Shown: positions 1 through 9,008, counted from the first letter of the stretch. The stretch: 32,000 nucleotides of DNA from an uncultured Opitutales bacterium (GCA_934613415.1 CAKTSY010000006.1:30001-62000); one strand, 5' to 3'. The notes: a model not told the origin generated them from the letters alone. Program-made: numbers and translations.

Positions 1-102
1 GCCCTCACGCACTACTCGGCAGAGCTTTTCGAGTACGTTTGCGGCAATCACGCATGCTTTACGCATGATTCTTAAATCACGTTCAGATTTTATTGGAATC
101 AT
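1..102 (-). CDS. map: methionine aminopeptidase, first 34 codons only (gene continues past the window start)
   Basis: Hand translation of the minus strand from the ATG at 102 gives MIPIKSERDLRIMRKACVIAANVLEKLCRVVREG. This resembles the usual type-I MetAP N-terminus (IK..E.I..MR.A..I.A..L). map commonly lies downstream of secY in this cluster. It is absent from the ORF track because it is truncated. Confidence 0.7.
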   Translation of the reverse strand, partial: MIPIKSERDLRIMRKACVIAANVLEKLCRVVREG

Positions 103-159
103 ACTTACGCGCCGTCTATATTATGTTGTTATTGTTTATGTGAAAGAACAAAGCCGAGG

Positions 160-181
160 TTGCTCTAACGAATTAGAGCAA
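160..181 (-). other. 9-bp stem-loop overlapping the secY stop codon (TTGCTCTAA / 4-nt loop / TTAGAGCAA); function unknown
   Basis: 160-168 is a perfect inverted repeat of 173-181. The loop reads UUCG on the minus-strand RNA. Only a weak U-rich tract follows (CCUCGGCUUUGUUCUUUC), so it is not a convincing terminator. Confidence 0.4.
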
Positions 182-1636
182 GCCCCACTTTCTGATTACC
201 CATGCCGCAATGCCGACAACCGTAATTATAATTAGCGGAGTCCACAACGCCCACAGGTTTTTAAGTTGTTTCGAATCGAGAAGCTGACGCCTTTCGCCAA
301 CGCTTTTACCCTTAATGCGCCCCTTTTGAAGGAAGCCGTCGTAGTGGCGTTGAAGAAGGTATGTCTCGATTTGACGCATCGTATCCAAAGCAACACCAAC
401 TGCGATTAGCGCACCTGTGCCGCCGAAGAAACGTGAAACATTTTGGGGAACGCCCCATGCGTCTGTCAAAATATTCGGGAATACCGCGATTGCAGTTAGG
501 AATATTGCACCTACCAAAGTCAAGCGCGTCATGATAAAGTCTAAGAACTTTGCGGTGGGTTCGCCGGGGCGCACGCCGGGGATATACCCGCCATAACGCT
601 TTAAGTCGTCGGCAATCTGCAAAGGTTTAAACATTATCGAAACCCAGAAATACGAGAAAAGGAATATCAATACGCCAAAGCAAATGTTGTGCGTAGTTAA
701 TCCGAAATAGCCGAAAATTTGTTGGGGCAAAAGCAATATTGCACTTGCAAAGATTATAGGCATAACGCCTGCATAGTTTACCTTTAAGGGCAAATACGAG
801 CTTTGACCGCCCATAACCTTATTGCCTACAACCCTCTTTGCATACTGTACGGGAATTTTTCTTACGCCCTGTATCATTGCAATAATGGCGGCGGTTACCA
901 AAAGCAATATGGCAAACAAAGCAATAGCCTTGTGGTAGCCAAATGCTGCACCGTCGGCGCCAATGGGCCTGTCGACAACCAATGTGTACATTTGCGAAAC
1001 AGCCCCCGGCAAGTCGGCAACAATGCCCACGGTAATCAAAATCGAAATACCGTTGCCTATGCCCCTTTGGGTAATTTGTTCGCCAAGCCACATCAATATT
1101 GCCGAACCCGTTACCAAGAATACTATGCCCATTGCCATAAACAGCGGAGTGCTGCCGGCAACAACCAAAGAACCGTATACGTTTTTATCGAAGCCCCTAA
1201 AGAGAGTTTCGGGAGTATACGCAATGGCGTAAAGCATCATTATGCCCTGTATGAACGCTATCAACAAGGTCAAATAACGGGTATATTGGGTAATTTTCTG
1301 CCTGCCAATTTCGCCTTCCTGCATTAAGCGGGCAATGCTGGGCATTACCGCACCCATAAGCTGAAGAATAATAGAAGCCGAAATGTAGGGCATAATGCCC
1401 AAGGCGAACAATGCTCCGTTAAGCATTGCGCCACCTGTGAACATATTGTACAAGCCTATAAGCCCGTCGCCCGAATTGCCGCCGCTTTCGGCATAGAACC
1501 TAATAAGAGGGCTCATGTCGATTCCGGGCAGGGGTATAGAAGCCCCAACCCTGGCGACAAATACAAGACCTAGCATCAGCAATAAACGCTGGCGCAACTC
1601 TTGTATTTTGAAGCAATTTGTGAATGCGCTTAACAT
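173..1636 (-). CDS. secY: preprotein translocase subunit SecY, with a ~41-aa C-terminal extension
   Basis: 487 aa and multi-pass. Carries SecY signature blocks FALGIMPYISASIILQL, GNGISILI and FGGTGALIAVGVALDTMRQIE. Sits after rplO as in the spc operon. Confidence 0.96.
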   Translation of the reverse strand: MLSAFTNCFKIQELRQRLLLMLGLVFVARVGASIPLPGIDMSPLIRFYAESGGNSGDGLIGLYNMFTGGAMLNGALFALGIMPYISASIILQLMGAVMPSIARLMQEGEIGRQKITQYTRYLTLLIAFIQGIMMLYAIAYTPETLFRGFDKNVYGSLVVAGSTPLFMAMGIVFLVTGSAILMWLGEQITQRGIGNGISILITVGIVADLPGAVSQMYTLVVDRPIGADGAAFGYHKAIALFAILLLVTAAIIAMIQGVRKIPVQYAKRVVGNKVMGGQSSYLPLKVNYAGVMPIIFASAILLLPQQIFGYFGLTTHNICFGVLIFLFSYFWVSIMFKPLQIADDLKRYGGYIPGVRPGEPTAKFLDFIMTRLTLVGAIFLTAIAVFPNILTDAWGVPQNVSRFFGGTGALIAVGVALDTMRQIETYLLQRHYDGFLQKGRIKGKSVGERRQLLDSKQLKNLWALWTPLIIITVVGIAAWVIRKWGLL

Positions 1637-1644
1637 GGCAAGCC

Positions 1645-2097
1645 CTATTTATTTTCGGAGGTCAAAACGGCCTTGCCGCCTGCAGCTTCGATAGCCGCTT
1701 TGGCAGACGCCGAGAATTTGTCGGCTGTTACGTTTAATTTCTTTGTAAGTTTTCCGTTGCCCAAAACTTTAACCAAGCAGGCATTTGCGCGAACCAAACC
1801 GGCTTTAACCAATTCGTCGCGGTTTACGTCGGCAACGTCAAGCTTTTCAAGGTCGTCGAGCTTTACAATTGCGTAGTCTACCGTAAAGTTGTAGTTGTTA
1901 AAACCTCTGTGGGGAAGTTTTCTGTACAAAGGCATCTGACCGCCTTCAAAACCCGGACGAACGTGGCCGCCCGAACGCGCTTTTGCGCCCTTATGACCCC
2001 TGCCCGAAGTTTTGCCGTGGCCGCTGCCTACGCCGCAACCCAAGCGTCTTGAAGAATGTTTTGCACCTTTGGGATTTGAAAGATTGTGTAATTTCAT
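1645..2097 (-). CDS. rplO: 50S ribosomal protein L15
   Basis: 150 aa with a G-rich N-terminal block GSGHGKTSGRGHKGAKARSGG. Sits between rpsE and secY. Confidence 0.95.
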   Translation of the reverse strand: MKLHNLSNPKGAKHSSRRLGCGVGSGHGKTSGRGHKGAKARSGGHVRPGFEGGQMPLYRKLPHRGFNNYNFTVDYAIVKLDDLEKLDVADVNRDELVKAGLVRANACLVKVLGNGKLTKKLNVTADKFSASAKAAIEAAGGKAVLTSENK

Positions 2098-2125
2098 TTT
2101 ATAAAATTCCTTCGTTTATAAAGGA

Positions 2126-2629
2126 TTATTCTTTGCCCCTCAATTTGCCGATGGCTTCTACTGTGCGGAGCTTGGAAAGCGCATTCAATGTTGCGTTTAC
2201 CATTGCGCCGTCGTTGTTCGAACCCAAAGACTTGCTGAGGATATTCTTGATGCCTACCGCTTCGAGAACGGCTCTTACGCCGCCGCCTGCGATAACACCC
2301 GTACCTTGAATGGCGGGTTTAAGAAGAACTACGCCACCGTCGCTTTCGCCCATAACTTCGTGGGGTATGGTTTCGTTAACGATAGAGTAAACTTTAAAGC
2401 TCTTCTTGGCTCTGTCGGTTGCCTTGCGGATTGCATCGGGAACTTCCTTAGCTTTTCCGTAGCCGAGACCGGCCTTACCTTTACCGTCGCCAACAATAAC
2501 CAATGCCGCAAAGGAGAAACGACGTCCACCCTTTACAACCTTGGCGCAACGGTTGATATGCACAACCTTTTCGATGAATTCGGGAGCCGAAACTTCGGCT
2601 GCTGCCTGTTTTTTAAATTCTTTGCTCAT
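2126..2629 (-). CDS. rpsE: 30S ribosomal protein S5
   Basis: 167 aa containing [34 protein letters not shown] and a typical S5 C-terminal domain. Operon position fits. Confidence 0.96.
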   Translation of the reverse strand: MSKEFKKQAAAEVSAPEFIEKVVHINRCAKVVKGGRRFSFAALVIVGDGKGKAGLGYGKAKEVPDAIRKATDRAKKSFKVYSIVNETIPHEVMGESDGGVVLLKPAIQGTGVIAGGGVRAVLEAVGIKNILSKSLGSNNDGAMVNATLNALSKLRTVEAIGKLRGKE

Positions 2630-2639
2630 CTTTTTATTG

Positions 2640-3005
2640 TTAGAAGTTTATGCCAGCTTCGCGGAGAGTGTCGGCAAAAGCCTTTACGCAACCGTGATAT
2701 TGTCTCGAGCCTCTGTCGAAAACAACCGCCGAAATGTTGGCTGCCTTCATCTTTTCGCCCAATTTCTTTGCCAAAGCAACGCTGCCTGCCATATTTGCCA
2801 AAATCTTTTCGCCGTTAAGCTCTTTAGACATCGAGCACAACGATACCAAAGTTTTGCCTTCAGTGTCGTCTATGCACTGAGCCGTAATGTGCTTGTTGGA
2901 GAATTTCACCGACAAACGGGGTTTTTCGGCAGTACCAGCAATGTTGCTGCGAACGCGCCAGTGGCGTTTCTGAGCCAAAATATTTTTCTTTTCAATTTTG
3001 TTCAT
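2640..3005 (-). CDS. rplR: 50S ribosomal protein L18
   Basis: 121 aa containing [18 protein letters not shown] and [34 protein letters not shown] Shine-Dalgarno sequence 8 nt upstream. Confidence 0.96.
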   Translation of the reverse strand: MNKIEKKNILAQKRHWRVRSNIAGTAEKPRLSVKFSNKHITAQCIDDTEGKTLVSLCSMSKELNGEKILANMAGSVALAKKLGEKMKAANISAVVFDRGSRQYHGCVKAFADTLREAGINF

Positions 3006-3026
3006 ACGATAACTCCTTCAAGAAAC

Positions 3027-3575
3027 TTATGCAGTCTTCTTGCCTTCCTTTCTGCGAATATGTTCGCCAACGATTCTGACACCCTTTGCCTTGTAGGGTT
3101 CTACCGGGTAGAACCTCTTTATATTGATGGCAACCTGGCCAACCATTTGCTTGCTTGCGCCTTCAACCGTAACCAAGGGATTGCGGTCTTGCGTTTCGCC
3201 AACGGTTATCTTTATGCCTTCGGGAATGTCGAGAATGCAGGGGTGCGCATAACCCAAAGCCAAAACGAGCTGCTTGCCCTTAACTTCGGCCTTGAAACCT
3301 ACGCCCTGTATTTCGAGAACAACTTTAAAACCTTCTGTTACGCCCTTAACCATCGAGTTTACAATGCTGCGTACTGTGCCGTGCATTGCGCCCGAATAGC
3401 GCGAGTTGGAGGCGGGCTGTACCGAAAAATGTTCGCCTTCAAGCGTCATTTTTACGGAATTGTCGAAAGTTTGCGACAATTTGCCTTTGGGGCCTTCAAC
3501 GTGTACTGTGTAGCCGTCTAAAGAAAGCTTTACACCGCTGGGGATTACTACTGGGAGCTTGCCTATTCTACTCAT
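3027..3575 (-). CDS. rplF: 50S ribosomal protein L6
   Basis: 182 aa starting MSRIGKLPVVIPSGVKL. AAGGAG Shine-Dalgarno sequence upstream. Sits between rpsH and rplR. Confidence 0.96.
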   Translation of the reverse strand: MSRIGKLPVVIPSGVKLSLDGYTVHVEGPKGKLSQTFDNSVKMTLEGEHFSVQPASNSRYSGAMHGTVRSIVNSMVKGVTEGFKVVLEIQGVGFKAEVKGKQLVLALGYAHPCILDIPEGIKITVGETQDRNPLVTVEGASKQMVGQVAINIKRFYPVEPYKAKGVRIVGEHIRRKEGKKTA

Positions 3576-3590
3576 TGTATATTAAACTCC

Positions 3591-3986
3591 TTACCAAACT
3601 TTGCAGATTATTTCTCCGCCAACCTTTTCCTTGCGGCAGTCGGCATCTTTCATTACGCCCTTCGAGGTTGTGAGAATTGTTATTCCCATACCGCCGAGAA
3701 CTCTGGGTATCGACAAAGAATCGCAGTATAGACGCTTGCCGGGTTTGCTTACCCTGTCTATGCCCGTAAGCGAGCATACGCCGTCTACATAGCGCATTTC
3801 GATGACGATATTTTTCTTTGCGCCTTCGCCTTCAACCGCAAACGATTGAATGTAGCCTTCGTCGGCAAGAATTTTAGCCATGCTTTCGCGGAGCTTAGTC
3901 CACGAAACGCTGCAAGATTCTTTGCTCGCGCGGGCGGCGTTGCGCACTACCGTTATAAAATCTCCTATTGTGTCGTGTGATGACAT
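3591..3986 (-). CDS. rpsH: 30S ribosomal protein S8
   Basis: 131 aa containing DTIGDFITVVRNA and ending GGEIICKVW. Operon position fits. Confidence 0.96.
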   Translation of the reverse strand: MSSHDTIGDFITVVRNAARASKESCSVSWTKLRESMAKILADEGYIQSFAVEGEGAKKNIVIEMRYVDGVCSLTGIDRVSKPGKRLYCDSLSIPRVLGGMGITILTTSKGVMKDADCRKEKVGGEIICKVW

Positions 3987-4004
3987 TTTAAAAACCTTTC
4001 TGTG

Positions 4005-4310
4005 TTACCACGATGCCTTTGTTACGCCGGGAATCTTGCCGTCGAGAGCCAACTCGCGGAAGCATATACGCGACAACCCAAACTTGCGGATAAAGCCTCT
4101 TGCGCGGCCCGAAACAGAGCAGCGGTTGCGCAAGCGGATTTTCGAAGAGTTGCGGGGCAACTTAGCCATAGCCTTAGTAGCTTTGAAGTATTCTTCGTCG
4201 CTCGATTCGGGATTGGCGATAATCTTTTTAAGTTCTGCGCGCTTGGCGGCATACTTTGCTACCAATCTTTCGCGTTTCAAATTGCGTTGTATAGATGATT
4301 TCTTAGCCAT
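4005..4310 (-). CDS. rpsN: 30S ribosomal protein S14 (long form, 101 aa, no CxxC zinc motifs)
   Basis: Contains [44 protein letters not shown]. Confidence 0.95.
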   Translation of the reverse strand: MAKKSSIQRNLKRERLVAKYAAKRAELKKIIANPESSDEEYFKATKAMAKLPRNSSKIRLRNRCSVSGRARGFIRKFGLSRICFRELALDGKIPGVTKASW

Positions 4311-4319
4311 ATCTTTGCC

Positions 4320-4883
4320 TTATTTTGCCTGAGCAACTTTTGTGGACTTGCGGAAGGGCATACCCAAGAGGGTAAGCAACTGTCTGCCGTCGTTGTCTGT
4401 TTTGGCCGTTGTTACTATTGTGATATCCAAACCAACATTCTTGCGGTTCGGGTCTACGGTAACTTCGGGGAATATAGTGTGGTCGGCAATACCGAAATTG
4501 TAGTTTCCGTTGCCGTCGAACTTCGAGGGAACACCTCTAAAGTCACGAATAGAGGGAAGCACTATGGCGATAAATTTGTAGAGAAATTCCCACATTATCG
4601 CGCCGCGAAGCGTAACTTTTACGCCCGTGGGCTGACCCTTACGGAGTTTGAAGTTAGCAATGCTCTTCTTTGCTTTGGTAACTACGGGTTTTTGACCCGA
4701 AATCTTGGCTATTTCTTTTTCGACTTCCGAAACCCATTCTTTGGAAGCGTCGCTCTTTATAGAGGAGCTAAGAATGATTTTTTCTACAGCCGGTACCTGA
4801 TGGGGATTTTCCACTCCCAAAACTTTTTTAAGTTCGGGAACGACCTTATCCTTATATATGTTTTTTAATACTGGTGTGTTCAT
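4320..4883 (-). CDS. rplE: 50S ribosomal protein L5
   Basis: 187 aa containing NPHQVPAVEKIILSS and FDGNGNYNFGIADHTIFPE. Confidence 0.96.
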   Translation of the reverse strand: MNTPVLKNIYKDKVVPELKKVLGVENPHQVPAVEKIILSSSIKSDASKEWVSEVEKEIAKISGQKPVVTKAKKSIANFKLRKGQPTGVKVTLRGAIMWEFLYKFIAIVLPSIRDFRGVPSKFDGNGNYNFGIADHTIFPEVTVDPNRKNVGLDITIVTTAKTDNDGRQLLTLLGMPFRKSTKVAQAK

Positions 4884-4913
4884 CTTCTTTTTGTAGTTCA
4901 GCCGCTGCCGCGA

Positions 4914-5165
4914 TTACTTCGACTTCTTTTTAGAGTCGTAACGTTCAGCCGACATTACATTCGAAATGTGAATGGAAGATTCGCGTTCCACAATTGCGCC
5001 ATCGGGATTCTTTTCCGACTTGCGTTCGTGGTGCTTGCGCATATTTACGCCTTCCACAATAACTCTGCTCTTCTTGGGTTCAACGAGCAATATTTTGCCC
5101 CTTTTGCCCTTGTCCGAGCCGGATAATACGACAACTTCTACGCCTTTTTTAATTGTGTTCTTCAT
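4914..5165 (-). CDS. rplX: 50S ribosomal protein L24 (short, 83 aa)
   Basis: KOW motif IKKGVEVVVLSGSDKGKRGKIL. Sits between rplN and rplE. Confidence 0.92.
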   Translation of the reverse strand: MKNTIKKGVEVVVLSGSDKGKRGKILLVEPKKSRVIVEGVNMRKHHERKSEKNPDGAIVERESSIHISNVMSAERYDSKKKSK

Positions 5166-5169
5166 AATC

Positions 5170-5535
5170 TTACAGAACCTCCGGTGCCAGACTTATAATT
5201 TTAGAGAAATTTTTACCGCGCAATTCACGAGCAACGGGCCCGAAAATACGCGTGCCTTTGGGGTTGTTTTGTGCGTCTATGATAACGCAAGCGTTCGTGT
5301 CGAAACGAAGATAGGAACCGTCGGCTCTGCGAATGGGAGCCTTTGTGCGAACGATAACGGCCTTTGCAACCGTACCCTTCTTAACGGCGGCGTCGGGAGT
5401 CGATGTCTTAACGGCAACAACAATGATATCGCCTATCTTTGCCGAGCGGCGAGGTTGGCCAAGTCTGCGAATCATCGCAACCTCTTTAGCCCCCGTGTTG
5501 TCGGCAACAACGAGTTTTGTCTGCATTTGTATCAT
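5170..5535 (-). CDS. rplN: 50S ribosomal protein L14
   Basis: 121 aa starting [18 protein letters not shown]. Confidence 0.97.
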   Translation of the reverse strand: MIQMQTKLVVADNTGAKEVAMIRRLGQPRRSAKIGDIIVVAVKTSTPDAAVKKGTVAKAVIVRTKAPIRRADGSYLRFDTNACVIIDAQNNPKGTRIFGPVARELRGKNFSKIISLAPEVL

Positions 5536-5548
5536 TTTACAATATCTC

Positions 5549-5824
5549 CTATGCCAAAATTGGCGCCTTTGTTACTATGCGAACAACGCGGAATCTCTTG
5601 AGTTTGCTCAAGGGGCGTGTTTCAACGATTTCAACTACGTCGCCCAAAGAACATTCGTTCTTTTCGTCGTGCGCGTGTACAACCGTCTTACGGCGAATTT
5701 CTTTGCGGTACAGCGGATGCGGAACCTTGTAGAAATACGTTACCTTTATGCTCTTGTCGCCCGAACGCGAAGTTACTTCGCCAACGAGGCTTTTTCTTTG
5801 TTTTCTGGAAATTTCTTCAGCCAT
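5549..5824 (-). CDS. rpsQ: 30S ribosomal protein S17
   Basis: 91 aa containing [16 protein letters not shown] and [21 protein letters not shown]. Confidence 0.95.
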   Translation of the reverse strand: MAEEISRKQRKSLVGEVTSRSGDKSIKVTYFYKVPHPLYRKEIRRKTVVHAHDEKNECSLGDVVEIVETRPLSKLKRFRVVRIVTKAPILA

Positions 5825-5843
5825 TGTTTTTCTCCACTAATAG

Positions 5844-6029
5844 TTAGGCCTTTTGCGCCTTTATTGTTTCGAGACGCGCAATGAACTTGCGAAGCGACCT
5901 AATCTTGGCGGTATTTTCCACCTGACCGGCGCTCTTGCGCATATTCAAATGCAACAACTCTTCGCGCGATTCGCGCAATTTTTTGTCCATTTCCGCTACG
6001 GAAAGTTCTCTAATCTCTTTAGCTTTCAT
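5844..6029 (-). CDS. rpmC: 50S ribosomal protein L29
   Basis: 61 aa: [56 protein letters not shown]. Confidence 0.94.
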   Translation of the reverse strand: MKAKEIRELSVAEMDKKLRESREELLHLNMRKSAGQVENTAKIRSLRKFIARLETIKAQKA

Positions 6030-6051
6030 TCTAGTAGATTGCCCTTTCTGA

Positions 6052-6480
6052 TTATATGATTTCTACGCCTTCGCGTACTACGAAACGGCACCTTAGAGGA
6101 ACCTTGGCATCGGCCAAGCGCATAGCTTCGCGTGCAAGCGTCGGAGAAACACCGGCTATTTCGAATAGGATTGTGCCGGGCTTTACAACCGCGCACCAGT
6201 ATTCTACCGCGCCCTTACCTTTACCCATACGGGTTTCGGCGGGTTTCTTTGTAACGGACTTTTGCGGGAATACTCTCATCCACATTTTGCCTTTACGCTT
6301 TAAGTGCCTGTTAATGGCGACACGGGCAGCTTCTAACTGCTGAGCCGAGCATTTGCCGCGTTCCAAAGACTGCAACGCGAAGTCGCCGAAAGAAATATAG
6401 TCGCCGCCCTTGGCCAAGCCGCGGATACGACCTTTTTGTACCTTGCGGTACTTGGTTTTTGCTGGAAGTAGATTTGCCAT
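6052..6480 (-). CDS. rplP: 50S ribosomal protein L16
   Basis: 142 aa containing [18 protein letters not shown] and [21 protein letters not shown]. Confidence 0.96.
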   Translation of the reverse strand: MANLLPAKTKYRKVQKGRIRGLAKGGDYISFGDFALQSLERGKCSAQQLEAARVAINRHLKRKGKMWMRVFPQKSVTKKPAETRMGKGKGAVEYWCAVVKPGTILFEIAGVSPTLAREAMRLADAKVPLRCRFVVREGVEII

Positions 6481-6503
6481 CTTAAAACTCCTGTCTTATA
6501 GAA

Positions 6504-7142
6504 TTATAGTACGTCCTCGGATTTAAGGCACAACCAAACTTTTACGCCGATTTTGCCGTAGAGGGTGTGGGCTTCGGTGAAGCCGTAGTCTATGTTTTCG
6601 CGGAGAGTCTGAAGGGGAATTTTACCCTTTCTCTGCCATTCTGTGCGCGCAATTTCTGCGCCGCCAAGACGGCCGGAAAGTTGAACTTTAATGCCTTCGG
6701 CACCCATTGCCAACGAGGTCTGTATGGCCTTCTTGATGGCCCTGCGGAAAGATACGCGGCGTTCGAGCTGCAAAGCAATGCTTTCTGCTACGAGGAATGC
6801 AACCAAATCGGGTTTCTTGATTTCCTGTATGTCGAGCATAATGTCTTTGCCGAGGAACTTCGAAAGCTTTGCTTTCAATTGGTCGAGCGATGCGCCTTTT
6901 TGACCGATTACAACACCGGGGCGCGCAGTGAATATCTTAACGCGTACGCGTGCACCCGCACGTTCGATGAATACTCTCGAAACCGACGCCGACTTCAATT
7001 CGGGATATTCGCGCAAAAATTCGCGGATTTTATAGTCTTCGGCTAAGAATTTAGCATAGTCGCCCTTGTTGGCATACCAGCGCGAATCCCAGTCGCGACG
7101 TACTGCAAGGCGAAAACCTCTTGGATTTACTTTTTGTCCCAT
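6504..7142 (-). CDS. rpsC: 30S ribosomal protein S3
   Basis: 212 aa starting MGQKVNPRGFRL, with a KH-domain region VVIGQKGASLDQLK. Confidence 0.96.
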   Translation of the reverse strand: MGQKVNPRGFRLAVRRDWDSRWYANKGDYAKFLAEDYKIREFLREYPELKSASVSRVFIERAGARVRVKIFTARPGVVIGQKGASLDQLKAKLSKFLGKDIMLDIQEIKKPDLVAFLVAESIALQLERRVSFRRAIKKAIQTSLAMGAEGIKVQLSGRLGGAEIARTEWQRKGKIPLQTLRENIDYGFTEAHTLYGKIGVKVWLCLKSEDVL

Positions 7143-7160
7143 ATTTTTTTCTCCGATAAA

Positions 7161-7496
7161 TTATTTCTCGTCGCTCAAAACTATGCGGATATTGCTTGTG
7201 CGCTTCTTATAGGGATGCGCACTGCCTCTCGCTACGGGACGAAAACGCTTGAACGCAACGCCGCCGTCTACCGACGCCAATTTGATTGTAAGGTTGGCCG
7301 AAGACAAACCGTTGTTGTTCTCGGCGTTAGCTATAGCACTTGCCAATGTCTTGGCAACCAAGCGGGCACTCTTTCTGGGAATGAGGTTCAAAACCTCGAG
7401 TGCTTGACCCGCATTCATACCTTTTATACGGCGTGTAATGTCGCGAACTTTCTTGTCGGACATACGCGCAAATTTTGTTAAAGATTGAACTTCCAT
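7161..7496 (-). CDS. rplV: 50S ribosomal protein L22
   Basis: 111 aa containing ARMSDKKVRDITRRIKGMNAGQALEVLNLIPRKSARLVAKTLASAIANAENN. Confidence 0.95.
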   Translation of the reverse strand: MEVQSLTKFARMSDKKVRDITRRIKGMNAGQALEVLNLIPRKSARLVAKTLASAIANAENNNGLSSANLTIKLASVDGGVAFKRFRPVARGSAHPYKKRTSNIRIVLSDEK

Positions 7497-7513
7497 CTTT
7501 CTACTTTCTTAAA

Positions 7514-7846
7514 TTATTTATTTATTAGTCTGAGCTCAAAGGTTTCGTTGCCCGCAATGTTGTAGTCGCCCAAAAGAAGGGCTACGCTCGAATTTTTTGC
7601 ACATTCTATAACAACTGCGGTCAATAAAACTTTGTCGTTTTTCTTTACATCGCAAAAGGCACCTATGCGGTAGTTCGAAGACGAACCTTTGTCGAGCAAA
7701 ACCAAAGCGTTTTCGGCGTCGGTTTTAACGATGTTTGCCCTGCGCGATACTGCCTTTGAAGCCCAAGTCGGCATAGCCGCAAAACATATTTGGCCCAAGC
7801 ATATAAATGCCGCCGCCGATACGATATGTTTTGCGAATTTTGCCAT
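7514..7846 (-). CDS. hypothetical small exported protein (110 aa) embedded between rpsS and rplV
   Basis: It is the only long ORF in the 367-nt rpsS-rplV gap, on the same strand and 17 nt from each neighbour. The N-terminus looks like a Sec signal peptide: MAKFAKH-IVSAAAFICLGQICFAA-MPTWA|SK. The mature part (~80 aa) has a beta-strand-like hydrophobic alternation and 2 Cys. I recognise no family. Confidence 0.6.
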   Translation of the reverse strand: MAKFAKHIVSAAAFICLGQICFAAMPTWASKAVSRRANIVKTDAENALVLLDKGSSSNYRIGAFCDVKKNDKVLLTAVVIECAKNSSVALLLGDYNIAGNETFELRLINK

Positions 7847-7863
7847 ATACTAAAGCCCTTTAA

Positions 7864-8142
7864 TTACTGAACAGCCTTCTTTGTGTGGGGTTGGTGGCCT
7901 TTGAAGAAACGCGTGGGAGCGAATTCGCCAAGCCTGTGGCCAACCATATTTTCGGTTACATATACGGGCAAGAATTTGCGGCCGTTATGAACGTTGAAGT
8001 TAAGACCGACAAAGTCGGGTGTTACCAAAGAGCGGCGAGACCAAGTCTGAATGGGCTTGTGCGAATTTGTTTTATGCGCTTCGTCCACCTTTTTCTGCAA
8101 CTTGGGATCAACGTATGGTCCTTTTTTAATTGAGCGTGCCAT
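7864..8142 (-). CDS. rpsS: 30S ribosomal protein S19
   Basis: 92 aa containing [12 protein letters not shown] and [29 protein letters not shown]. Confidence 0.97.
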   Translation of the reverse strand: MARSIKKGPYVDPKLQKKVDEAHKTNSHKPIQTWSRRSLVTPDFVGLNFNVHNGRKFLPVYVTENMVGHRLGEFAPTRFFKGHQPHTKKAVQ

Positions 8143-8146
8143 CTAA

Positions 8147-8995
8147 TTAGTTCCTTTTAAATTTTTTACCGTTGCGTCTGATAATAATAGAAGAATTCGA
8201 AGGCTTCGCCTTTCTGCGGGTCGGATAACCCTTCGAAAGCTGACCCCAAGGAGATACGGGGTGACCGCCACCGGAAGTTTTACCTTCGCCACCGCCCATC
8301 GGGTGGTCTACAGGGTTCATAGCAACACCTCTTACTCTCGGTCTGCGACCCAACCAACGACGGCGGCCCGCTTTGCCCAAGCTTTGGTTTGCGTGTTCCG
8401 AATTGCCAACAACGCCAACAACTGCGCGGCAGTTTGCCGATACCTTGCGGATTTCGCCGCTGGGCATTTTAATTGTTGCAATTTCGCCTTCTACTGCAAC
8501 CAACTGAGCCGAAGAACCGGCAGATTTTGCCAATTTTGCGCCCAAGCCGGGATACATTTCTACAGCGTGAATTACAGTGGCTGCGGGCAAGTCTTTAAGG
8601 GGCATTGCCAAGCCAACGGGAAATTCCGACTGCTTTTGGTTTGTAGAAAGGATTGTGTCGCCCTTCTTGAGACCTTCGGGAGCCAAGATGTATCTTTTTT
8701 CGCCGTTTTCGTACGATACCAACGCAATGTAAGCTGTGCGGTAGGGGTCGTATTCGATTGCGATTACCTTGGCGGGAACGTCGAGAATGTCGCGCTTAAA
8801 GTCTATGCGACGATACAATTTTTTGTGGCCGCCGCCTCTGCGACGCGAGGTGATTCTGCCGTAGCAGTTTCTGCCCTTTGCGCTTTGGATTCTTTCAGTA
8901 AGCGAAGCTTCTGGACGCTTGTCGTCTACTTCGTGTCTGGACAATTCCAAAAAGCGTTGAGCCGGTGTCTTGGGATTTCTTTTAATTATTGCCAT
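8147..8995 (-). CDS. rplB: 50S ribosomal protein L2
   Basis: 282 aa containing GGGHKKLYRRIDF and MNPVDHPMGGGEGKTSGG. Confidence 0.97.
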   Translation of the reverse strand: MAIIKRNPKTPAQRFLELSRHEVDDKRPEASLTERIQSAKGRNCYGRITSRRRGGGHKKLYRRIDFKRDILDVPAKVIAIEYDPYRTAYIALVSYENGEKRYILAPEGLKKGDTILSTNQKQSEFPVGLAMPLKDLPAATVIHAVEMYPGLGAKLAKSAGSSAQLVAVEGEIATIKMPSGEIRKVSANCRAVVGVVGNSEHANQSLGKAGRRRWLGRRPRVRGVAMNPVDHPMGGGEGKTSGGGHPVSPWGQLSKGYPTRRKAKPSNSSIIIRRNGKKFKRN

Positions 8996-9008
8996 CTTTA
9001 ACGCCTTC

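Noticed and set aside
2541-3521. 326-aa plus-strand ORF spanning rpsE, rplR and rplF. Similar long plus-strand ORFs occur at 803-1327, 4972-5601, 5333-5884 and 8261-9001.
   Set aside because: They lie antisense to strongly conserved ribosomal and secY genes. Their products are low-complexity (rich in A, R, F, C and N) and I saw no Shine-Dalgarno sequence. These are typical shadow ORFs.
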